DNA from: Lytechinus pictus
Lineage: Eukaryota
NCBI RefSeq assembly: GCF_037042905.1
Contig: NC_087250.1
Coordinates: 23,686,001-23,750,000 of the forward strand
Length of the DNA stretch: 64,000 nucleotides
Direction of reading: 5' to 3'
In this document: in pieces, positions 26,884-38,800 of the stretch
Layout: each line of letters opens with the position of its first letter
Numbering within the stretch: position 1 is the stretch's first letter
The notes under the pieces: model-generated
Told to the model about the DNA's origin: nothing
The model's input: the letters and a program-made list of their open reading frames with translations, nothing else
Database searches by the model: none
Program-made: the position numbers and the translations under genes

Positions 26884-29800
26884 TCACCATCTTTTTTATT
26901 TGGGGGGGGGGGAGTTTCAAGAAACTTGCGATCGATTGCAAGTTTACTTGTGGTCCCAAAATAGATCATATGTCTTGTAATTGATCGTAAATTTCTGATT
27001 GATTTCTCATCTGCTTCTTGCTTCAAGAAATTAGCAGAGAAGAAGACTATTAAAAGGATCACCATCTTATGGGGGTTTCAAGAAACTTGTGATCAATTGC
27101 AAGTCTACTTTTGGTCCCTAAATTAATCATATGTGATGTAATTGATTGTAAATTTGTGAGTGATTGTTGAGCTGCTTCATGCAACATGGAGTGTAATCTG
27201 ATTGGATGCATTTTACATTGATCTATCGATTTTAAAATGGCAAAATATTTGCAATTGATGCAAATATTTTCTTGCAACTCCCCCTTAGTCGATAGATCTA
27301 CAACTGCTTTGTCTATTTTTTGTTTGGTCTTGTCCCACTTGGTCTAATCCTTGTTAGTCTTCGATAAGACCAAATGACAGTCTTCTTAATCGGTACATTA
27401 CCAATTGGTCTACAACTGTTCTTTGTACCTTTTGTTTGGTCTAAAATATCAACCATTTAGCCCACTTACCATTTTGTTCCCACTTGGTCCAGTCTTTATT
27501 TGTCTAAAATCAGTTTGTCTACCAACCATTTGGTCCAATTACCATTCAGTTGTTTATTCCATTATGTCTAAGTTCCAATAAGACTTTAACATTGACTAAT
27601 TTCCGTTTGGTCTCATCTCATATGGCCCAGTCCTACTTCTACAATCAGTTTGTCTACCAGCCACTTGGTCTAATTACCATTTAGCCCACTTTCTATTTTG
27701 TCTGTTTCCAATATTTCCAAGTTAGGCAATACCAATTTTGTCTAATTATCCACTTGGTCCATCACCACATAAGAATAGACATTGTGGTAATTAGACCAAT
27801 TGGGTATTAGATTAAATGAGAATAGACTAAGTAAGTATTAGACCAAGTGTAGACCAGACATTAATTAGGCTATGAGTAGACTAAATGGGCTAAGACCATG
27901 CGGTATCAGACTATCTGAGATGTAGACCAACTGCATTTAGACCAAGTCTAGTACTCTATTAAGACCTATTAAAATTAATGAAATGATTTGTGTGGGAAAT
28001 AATCCATAAACAATCCAATCATTATAATTTGTTTTATTTTTTTTTTTCTCAATAAATTTTAGGTTCTTAAAAGACACACAAATAAATTATTTAAAATTTG
28101 GCAAGGTATATTTGTATTGAAGCGCACAAAGTACAGAAATAATGGTTTAGAAAATGTTGATTTGCACAATTGAAAAATGAAATTTTCTCACTTGTGATCA
28201 CCATGCATACACCTCAGTAAGTGATAAGGATGTCAATTATTTTCCTCATGTCCCTGATATTTATTCTATTTTTATTGTAAATTCAGGATTATACTTGTTG
28301 ATATTGTCTGATTACCTTGCATATTATGTCAAAATAACTTCAAATTATACATACATGTAACTTTGATTGATGGCAAAATTTGACTTATGCATAGTGTGAA
28401 AAGATAAAACAAGAGATTACAGTTTATGATTTGTTAGGAAATGTTGAGATGGAGGCCTATTTGGACCACTAGGGGTGTTGTTATAAATTCCACTTTTTTA
28501 GCAAAATTGTTGTCCTCGACAACCCAATATGCTACAAAAACAAGGACTTAGAATAGCCCACAATAAAATAATGTGAGATAAGGTGCATTACATTTCAGGT
28601 AAATTTCAGGAGAGGAATTCTGAATACATGTATTTAAATAGTAATCAAATACAGGGGGCCATTTCATAAAGCTGTTTGGACGTTAAGAGTGACTTTAAGA
28701 ATGACTGGTGATCCTTTCTTGTGGTAAATGATATTAACCATTAAATGTTCATTGGTGATTATTTAGCGCCTAAGAAAGGGTCACCAGTCGTTCGTAAAGT
28801 CGCTATTAACTTACAAACAGCTTTATGAAACACCAACCTGGTAATATTGGTTTTGAACAGGGTGTAGCTAGATATGGGTCTGTTTTCATTAAATGGTTCG
28901 AGGTATACTGATTAATGGAAATGAAATCATTACAAATAATGTTGAAATTTATACAAGTGAACACTTCTGAGAATATTTCACTTTTGAAGAGAGGAGATAG
29001 GAGGAGGAAGTGGAGGATAAGCTGGAGAACAGGAAAGAAGAAAAGGAGGAGAAGGAAGAGAAAGAATGAAGATGGAGAAGGGGGCAATGATACGTAGAGA
29101 GTGGGTGAAGGGGAAGAAAAGCGGAAGTTTGAATTTGTATTTTTACTGAACAATGAAGAATTCAACATTAATCAGATAAAATGAATATCATGCCTTTAGA
29201 TTTCTTTTTAATTCTAAAATAATTGTTCTTGAAATATTTTTAATGGATGAGATTATGGAGAATATGATTCTCTTTTCTTGAAAGCGACTACTCACATTTT
29301 ACTAATGTTGTATATTGCCTATGCATCATTTGTCTTTTGTATAATATAGTGTCAACTCCAAGGCAGTGTTATGAAGTGATATTTTGGGAGTCATTTACAT
29401 GTATATCTTGAATGATGAGATTTTTGTGATTTGAGAATAAAATAAAAGAAAATTGAAAATGATATTCATGTTATTTGTTTGTGCATTGTAGTTTTGGTAA
29501 AGAGGCAGTGTAGCTCTTTATGTGTTTCAAAAGAAGACAGTTTTTCGCAAGTCAACCATCCTACTAATGATAGCAGTGATGAAATATAAATTTCACCATT
29601 TCACATTTTAGCTCTAATAAGACCATGACTTCTTTGCGATAAATCTGTATAGTAATGCGAAAAATTAACATCCTACTGTGACTTTTTCTTTCAAATTTCT
29701 GATTAAAATCAATTAATTTCACCTTGTTTATGATATGAATAAAGTCACTGATGAATTCCCAACAGAAACAATTTAAAAAACATAGAAAAACAAAGAAATA

Positions 29801-30929
29801 CACTTAATACATATAAAACTAAATTGTGATGTTGATTTTTTTTTCCTTACACGAACAGAATTGTACAAAGAGTCTGTGAATAAAATAGCAGTTTTGGGCC
29901 ATAATTTGGTTAATTGGAACTCTTGTTGCAATGCTCACCAGGTAGTGGAGCAGTGGCGTACCTAGGATTTTCCAAAGGAGGGGGCAAATTCGTCCGCCCA
30001 AAAAAAAAAAAAAGGTCTTCAACCAAAAATAAAGGACATTTCGCACCAGAATAAAATTGACGAGCAAAAAAAAAAAAAAAAAGGTCTTCAAGTTCAGAGG
30101 GGCCCACTTAGCTCGTCAGGGATCAGTTTTGACTCGTCAGGGGGAGATACGTCCCTTGCATGTGTTGTGACTCGTCAGGGGGGCAGTCTGCCCCCCCCCC
30201 CTTAGGTACGCTAATGGAGTGGAGAAAGGGTATACCCAATGACCGGGGTAATAATTGCAATGTAAAGCGCATAGAAACAGAGTGTAATGAGTGCTATATA
30301 AATGTAACTATTATTATCATTAACTACTGCCAAACTTTTATTTCATGCATAAATAAACGTAATTAATACTGAGATTTTTCGAAGAATTCAATCTTACAGT
30401 TCTGTAAAGTATGCCATTGGTAATGAACATGCTAATTTTTGTTGTGGTCGATGGTTGAGATCATCAGCCCCACCCCATCCCCCGGTTTATGAGAAGTCTT
30501 AAAAAGTCCAGATTTATTTACTACAATATCATTTATGGATCTACATGTAGATCTGGTTTATTTGCATATAAAACCTAACTATAAAATCATGAAATCTAGG
30601 TTGAAAATGATCACACCGATGATCCCCAACACAAATAAGCACATGTGGGACACTGTATTTTTACTGCTTATAAAAAGATCCAAATTGAACACAGGGCTGG
30701 AATGACATGCCTAATTTGCTAATTTCTCAGCAATTAACTGTTTCTAACCAGAGACATTTAGCACATTTTTTCATTTAAACACTTAGATGGTAATTTTAAT
30801 GGATTCTTTTCAAACTCATATTGAGATTATGACCACAACCGGCATACATGCATAACTTTGAATTGTAAGGAAAAATGATAGCACTGGAAATTTGTAAATC
30901 AATGTTGTATGCAAAATGATGAAGGCATT

Positions 30930-31170
30930 TTAAATAAATAAATAATATGAACATTTGTAATGCGCCGGTATCCATCATAAAAAGATGCTCATGGCGCAAT
31001 AAAGAAAAGAAAAGAAAAGGAAAAAGAAAAAGAAAGGAAGGAAGAAAGAAAACCTACTAAAAAGAGGGGTAGAATAACAATTACCTAAAAGCTTGCGTGA
31101 ATAACCAGGTTTTAAGAGAACTTTTGAAAGTGGTGAGACAAGAAATATTGCGGATTTCTATTGGCAGGTA
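30930..31170 (-). mobile_element. L2/CR1-type LINE 3' fragment
   Basis: Minus frame LPIEIRNISCLTTFKSSLKTWLFTQAF plus a 3' tail ending in TTAT repeats. Confidence 0.6.
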
Positions 31171-33864
31171 TTGCTTGTTATGCATATAGATTTCTTATGA
31201 TGAAGGAACTGATGTCATACTGTTAGAGATTCAACCTTCCCCCTCAAGTGTATTCTTAATCCTTTGTATTATGTAATGCACAATAATGCTCTGGAGTGAA
31301 TAGTGAGTAGTTAGGCTCAGTGGTTAGGCTCCATCGCACTTAATTGTAATTAACATACTCAGCATTTTTTAACTGGGTGGGTTGCCTGTTTTAGCAGGAG
31401 TACCTCACTATCTGCACAGCTTTCACACAGGCAGGACTTATTGGTCCTTGGGTCCAGTTGGGTGATTGGAAATGGAGAGTTAGAGTTTTAAGCCAAACAC
31501 TTGCGCTGCAATAAAACTATATTCCAGAGTCAAGATTCACTAAACCAACATGGAGGCCTGTTCCTGATTTCCTGCATTTAGTCATCCCAGTCAAACTGTA
31601 AGTTTAGTTGTTTTTTTGTCTCATTTATGTCTTGGATTTTTATTATTCATTGAGAATAACAAAAGGTCAAAGAAAACCTCTAAAATGTGAGATGTGAAAG
31701 ATGCTAACTATATTTTTTCATTAAAAGATTATTATATGTCAACAAGAATTCCATCTGTTGAAATATTGAAAGGTCTTAAAATGATATTCTTAAAATATAT
31801 AAGAAACTTTGCTTTTCCTAAGCATTAATGGATTATGGAAAGTGTTTCTCATGTCATGGAATTTCTTTGTATGAAATGTTAGATTTAAGAGAAATGATGA
31901 TGCTTTCTTTCAATGACCGAATTATGTCATTCTAGATTATACTTGAATACTTGAATTAAGCTAGGGAAATGATGTTTCCTTGAATATAGATAACCTATTA
32001 TGTTATGGTTATTGTCCTATATGTATTCCGTAGACTTTTTAAGTTTTGGAAATTGTTTAATTGTAGATGGGTTCTTCTTCATCTACCTGGGAGTTCACCC
32101 AGTGGTTCTTCAGAAGTAAAGAAGTCTGGCAGCTCATTTTCAGCCATTGACCAGACCAGTCAAGAGTAGGAGTAAAGGTTTATTAGAGGGCACCCACCAA
32201 GAACGGACAGCACCCTCGTTGACAAGATCTGATGATGGTCGTTTATCATCGCTCGTTTTACTCATTCGTTACTCCTCATGAATTTTTAGCAGGAAGCAAC
32301 AGTTGATTAAAGTGGGTTATTTTATTTATACCCTCCAGAGACTTAAAACATTGTTTTGTAACCATATATATACGTTATTATTGTTTATCTTCTGTTTATT
32401 CTGGTACACCAAAACCAGAAGATTGAATTTAAATGTTGGAAGTTGAAGCCGGAAAACGAGTAATAAAACTAAACATATTTTATTTGTTGAACTAAATAAT
32501 AATTGTCTTCCATGGTCATTTATTTAGTTTTACAGTAGTGAGTTGAGAGAGTCACCATTCAACACAAGTTATGTCCATTTGAATTTATTCAGGTGTGACA
32601 CATACACTCAATCTTTCACATTCATTTCTATGAAATATAACATATTTTTCTCTGATTTGATGATAAAGTCAAAAGCTCTCGGATCGTCTGTATGCCATGA
32701 CATTAAAACAAAAGTAATTCTCTGAGAACTTTGTGTAATAATAATTGATGATTTTAATAATGTACAAACGTGATCATCTGCTAAATATTAGGAAAATATT
32801 TTTCGTCATTACATGATAAACTGTTTGACTTGATCGAAACAAACAACATACACCCAACTCACATACATAACAATTTTCAATAGTATAGTGCAATAAAGCA
32901 TAAAAATATGACATAGTACATCCAGGTATTTAAAAAACACATCAAAATCTGCAGATAAGTTTCACAACATAAGTATTTGTTTATAGCTTGGCATGAGGCC
33001 TGGGCCCTTACAAAGCATAGTTATTGATTATATACAGGCTATGACTGACTTATTACACATCATGATCAATGATGAAAGTCGGCTAGATGATAAATGATTA
33101 TAATATGTTTAGCGTTAAGGTGACCCGGGAGGGGGTGGTGTTTCACGATGATTTTAAGTAAGACTTAGAGTCGCACTTAAGTGCATAGTTACATGCGTTA
33201 CATATCTTATACGAGCCGGCATTTAAGTGCGACTTTTAAGTCAGACTTAAATCTTTGTGAAACGCCCCTCCCCCCCTGAAAAAAAACCCAGTCATGACAT
33301 TAGCTTTGGGATTGGAACAGCATAGGAAATAATTTTGATTTAGGGGCTTTTTTCATTAATTAAGGGGCTATTTTTTCAGAATTTGGGTGATTACTGAATT
33401 GAAGGGGGCTACTCCTTTCATTTCAAGGGCTATTTTTTTTGGGGGGGGGGGCTAAATGAGTAATATTCTGCATTACTATCTATATAGAGCGTTTAAGCGA
33501 TACATTAAATATGCATATTTTGGTCTGCATCAATTGCCCGTGCAGTCCAGAGCGTATCCCTATAAAGGACCGAAATCCGACGAATATCCCTTAGGTTCCT
33601 GTGCAAAATTTGCTATTGAATATGAGAGCATATTCAACAGTCTAGTGCGCATGCGCGAATGCGTGACATGTACCGACACGTACAACAATGAAAGCAACGC
33701 GATGCGCAGCATAGAGCACAACTACGCTCGATGACGTCATAATGAACTACAAGCAAGTCACATGTCAAGTTATTACAATTTGCAAATTTTAGCTGCGATT
33801 TTGGCTGTCATGAGGAAGAATACATCCTGATGTTTAAAGGTTTGCATGGTGATATGAGCAATCA

Positions 33865-34311
33865 CGGAAGTGATTTACGGTACACCATGTGTAAACTCCA
33901 GGAAGGACCGAGATAAGAAAAGTGGATAAAAATAGAGGTAAACTGGAACGTGGAGGTTTGAAAAGTAGAGTATTCTTTTCAAAATGAGTGTAGTCCTTTA
34001 AAGGACTGTAAACCAGGAGTGGAAAGCCAAGTAGTAGTCAACCTGCCCGAAACGTTGAGTCTACGCTACAGCTACTACTCTATTTGCCGACTAAAGCCAG
34101 CCTTCTCTCACCTACTCAAGCCTGCCTACTATTCAGCTTTCCACTCCTTCTGGTTTACAGTCCTTTTAAGGACTACACTCATTTCGAAAAGAATACTCTA
34201 CTTTCAAACCTCCCAATATCACGCCTTTCCAATTCACCTCCAATTCTAATCCACTTTTCTTATCTCGGTCCCTCCAGGACTCGACACATGGTGTACCGTA
34301 AACCTCTTCCG
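33865..34311. repeat. Long foldback (arms of about 180 bp)
   Basis: CGGAAG..TTTACGGTACACCATGTG..GGACCGAGATAAGAAAAGTGGAT.. is mirrored by ..ATCCACTTTTCTTATCTCGGTCC..CACATGGTGTACCGTAAA..CTTCCG. Confidence 0.8.
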
Positions 34312-35690
34312 CCATGGAATATATCCTCTTGCTTTCATGTATTTCCTATGCTGGTGTAACATTTTTATGACCCTTTCCATCAGACCCTTTTCAGGTGCTA
34401 TACTGAAGTCTGGGTCTTGTGATGTGCTGTCATTAAACTCATTTTACTAATGATAAAAATAACAATAGACAAATGAAATGTGATAAATATTTTACGAGTT
34501 AAAGGGAGGCTAGGAGGTAAAACCCTTTAATTTTCCCAATTTAATAAGCAAACACTTTTGGCAGTAGCTGTGGTAGAAACAAAGACGGCGATTGCGCATG
34601 GAATGGCTTTCACGTGACTCGATTCAGCCGGTTATTGGCTGAATTCTCGTACTGTATTTATAGAAATAAAATAATTACAATAATATTAATGATAATATTA
34701 TACACCACTATCATAATAGAGGATCGTCTATTAAATATAATATCTGTGCCACGATACAGTAAAAAAAAACTGTCGATATAGACCAACCAATTGAGACAAG
34801 AAAATCAAATTAGCTGGTAATCTCTAGGGGGTCCTTTGATACATTGATGTCATCTGTGCCTGGGAGGCGAAAAGCGAACTGAATCACTGTGCCCAGCAGG
34901 TCTCTCCTCCGCATAATGTTTCAATGCATAAAATTATTCAAGGGAAACTAAATTAGTCTGCACTCCGGATCGTTCAAGAACACAGTATGAAACTGCTGGG
35001 AGGTCTTGGACGAAAATTGATGAACGGGAGCAGAAGTTTCGGAGTTGACGAAAAACTGCAAATTTGCCGTTTGTCCCAAGTCAAAGGCAAAACTGTTGTT
35101 TTGATTCATCAATTTTCTACAAACACCTCCAAGCAGTTCTTTGTCATTTGATGGTCATTTTCAATACATTTTCTATGTTCTTGAACCCTCCGTCTGTCGC
35201 AGAGCAAAAAATCCCTAATGTCATACCACGCAGTCATAACGTAACGTACAGGGGCTGATTGCACGAAAGGATCTTTCCAAGGACCCATCTTTTATGACGC
35301 GCTTTATGCGGGAAATTTTTGATAAACAAATAAAATTTGTTAACTTTTAAATTAATTTTATACAATTTCATCAGATATCACATCATTTTTATAAACAAAG
35401 ATTTTGTTTAATGTAACAGACGAATGAAATATGTTTGCAGGTAGATCTCTAGATCCTTTTTTTAAACTGCGTTTCACATGGCGCTTCACAATAAATGGAA
35501 AGACAGTTCTTGCAAAAATTATTTCGTGCGACTGCGATTGGCCCCAAGTAACTTGCGAACCTTCCTTCGTTCCTATAGGCGTTGATGCACAGGTCAGCAG
35601 CTTTCCGTAAGATAAAAGATAACGATATTATCAATATCATATTGCAGGCTTTGAAGTGTTCTCATGGGCAATGTTTCAGTTATATATGAC

Positions 35691-35825
35691 TCAAAAGTCA
35701 GGCTCATCAACAAAATCTACTATATCTTCACGTTGCGATCGCTTCAGCGCCTTCTTTAATTTCTCCTTAGTGGCCTCGACGCCATTTACGTTTCGCCACT
35801 GAAGTAACATCTGGAATATACATTC
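35691..35825 (-). CDS. Death-domain gene coding exon 3 (second half of second DD, stop)
   Basis: Strong acceptor ttctctgtcttccctctacag; ECIFQMLLQWRNVNGVEATKEKLKKALKRSQREDIVDFVDEPDF*; below the ORF-track length cutoff. Confidence 0.85.
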   Translation of the reverse strand, partial: ECIFQMLLQWRNVNGVEATKEKLKKALKRSQREDIVDFVDEPDF

Positions 35826-38800
35826 CTGTAGAGGGAAGACAGAGAACGAGAGAAAGCGATGTCTTAAAGTCAGGCTTAAGGGTTGGTTTTCTTGTTGCAG
35901 TGTTTAATCAAGGCAGCAAATTTAGAAAAACATATTGGTACCTTTAGGTTTCGTGAAAATCTATTACAGGCTAAGTGAATTTTTTTCAATGTTTTTTTAT
36001 TTGTGACGTCATGCAAGCAGCTCCACCATACAGGTATATCATATGTTTTTAACAGAAAAATGGTGCAATATGAATGCTGTGGATCATCAACATCATCAAT
36101 ATAAATTCTATGAATTTGATTCTTTAATAGAACATGATAAAAATAGTTTTCTTACAGAAGGGGGTAAGAAATTATATGTTTAATGATATATTCCATGCAC
36201 AAATTAATTCAATTTTTTTAGAATAACATTTTTGTCTCGCCTGCATAGCAGAGCGAGACTATAAGCGCCGCTTTTCCGACGGCGGCGGCGACGGCGTCAA
36301 CATCAAATCTTAACCTAAGGTTTTAAGTTTTTAAAATGACATCATAACTTAGAAAGTATATGGACCTAGTTCATGAAACTTGGACATAAGGTTAATCAAG
36401 TATTACTGAACATCCTGCCTGAGTTTAAGATCACATGACCAAGGTCAAAGGTCATTTAGGGTCAATAAACTTTGGTCAAGTTGGGGGTATTTGTTGAAAT
36501 ACTATCATAACTTTGAAAATTTATGGATCTAGTTCTATGAAACTTAGACATTAGGTTAATCAAGTACCACTGAATATCCTGTGTGAGTTTCAGGTCACAT
36601 GACCGTGGTCAATGGTCATTAAAGGTCAATGAACTTTGGCCGTGTTGGGGGTATTTGTTAAATTACCATCCTAACTCTGAAAGTCTATGGATCAAGTTCA
36701 TAAAACTTGGACATAGGAGTAATCAAGTATCACTGAACATCCTGTACAAGTTTCAGGTCACATGACCATGGTCAAAGGTCATTTAAGGTCAATAAACTTT
36801 GGCCGTGTTGGGGGTATTTGTTGAATTACCATCCTAACTCTAAAAGTTTATGAATCTAGTTCATAAAACTTGGGATATAACAGTAATCAAGTATCACTGA
36901 ACATCCTCTGTGAGTTTCAGGTCACAAAACCAAGGTCAAAGGTCAGTTAAGGTCAATAAACTTAGGCCATGTTGGGGTAATTGTTGAATTGCCATCATAA
37001 CTTTGAAAGTTTATGGATAGAGTGAATGAAATGTGGACATGGGTGTAGTTGACAAGTCTTAAGTCACCGTTCAAATGTCATTTATGGTCAATGAACGTGG
37101 TATTATGTCATTATATGAATGGTGTTTTGGTGAATGATTATTTTATAGTAGTTTTCAAAGTTAGCACTGCTGCTATATTAAATCGCATAATGCAGGTGAG
37201 ACTGCCAGAGGCGTTCCACTTGTTTACAATTGAAAGCTGTTCTGTCCAGTTCCTACATAACAGAATTGATCATTTGGTGCATTATCTTTACAAAGATCAA
37301 ACTAGTGCTGTAGCCGAACTGCCGAACCGAACGGAAGTTCGCCGAACTTGGCACTTCCGAACCGGACCGAACCGAACCAAACACAAAGGCCTGGTTCGGT
37401 AAAAAAAATTAGGCACATTCATTTTACTACGTAATATAATGAAAAGCGGGGACTACATATATTTAAATATAAAATGAAAAAAAAATATTGGTTAGTGATT
37501 GTGCACAATAAGAATTCCACACAAAATATTTTTTAAATCCACTATTTAAGCTCACATCTTGTCTTTGATTGAGTTATCAACTTAAGAATATTTTATTAAC
37601 ATGAATATATTTTTTCTTCATTAAATGAGGGGACATTTGAAGCTAAACTCGGTATAAAAGTGTGGTTGAATTACGTATTGCCGTAATCGTAATCGGACCT
37701 AATTGTTTTCTATTTAATTAAGAAAAAGGACAAGACATAAATTCATTCCTCGTAAATGACAAAGTATGGCAGCTTCGGTCTCGCCTTTGATTGAATTTTT
37801 ATCAGTCTCAGTTTTTTTATTACCATGAATTTATTTATTTTTCTCATAAAATGTGGGGACATTTTAAGCTAAACTCGGTTAAAAAGTGTAGTTGAATTAC
37901 GTATAACTGTAATCGATCATGATTGTGATCGGCGTACATGTAATTGTTTTGTATTTAATAATAGAAACATTGTAAAGTCAAAAAGGGGCCTAAGCTTTCG
38001 ATCCTAGCAGAATCTTCATCGGAGGCAAAATGACAAACATATAAAGTGGAACAACCATAATATAGACCACAAACAAGCTACAGCAACACTAGAAACAAGG
38101 AGACAAAAGGGGCATTAGTGAGTAGAGAAGACCAATCAGGTTAGTGAAGGGGATGAAAGAAAAGGAGTAGGCAGACACAAAGGGAAGTTAGTGTAAGTAA
38201 GGCCAAGAGGGATTAAGATAATGAGGCAGGCAACATCAAACAGGATCTGGAACAAAACAGTGATAGAGGGATGAATAACTAGAGAATTAGTGAGAGGTGG
38301 GTCAAACAGGTTACAAAGAAAGGCTTAATAAACTGGTGCATAAGAGTGGGGGGAAAAAAGAAGAAAAAGAATGAGGAACAACTGATAATGTGCAAAAGAC
38401 ATATAAGTATATATGATAAAGCATTAAACAAACTAAGAGAAGAAGGTAAGTGTAAATATGTATCTATAAGTGATATGTATATAAATATATCCAAAAAAGA
38501 AATGTATATGAAAAAATATATAAATATATACACATATGGTGTAACTGATATGGTAATCCGCTAGGTGTGACGGGAAAAAACATAAGACTATATAGTAGGA
38601 AAGAAAAAAAATCTGTATATGTGAAAAAGAGGAAGCAAATTGCCTAAAAAGGTAAAAGCAAATATAGAAGAGAGGGGGTGTATTATGAAGAAACCATAGT
38701 ATACATGTAAATAAGCAAATGTGGTAAATCTAAAAGAGGTGAGTGGAGAAAAAACAAAAATATATATATATATATATAATAATTATTATATCGCCTGAAT

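Noticed and set aside
31190..31960. C/D-box snoRNA candidates (ATGATGA near 31197 and 31893)
   Set aside because: No properly spaced terminal CTGA D box with a closing stem, and no recognisable rRNA guide.
36300..37100. CRISPR-like regularly spaced repeats
   Set aside because: Whole ~163-bp units are homologous, there are no unique spacers, no cas genes, and the context is eukaryotic.
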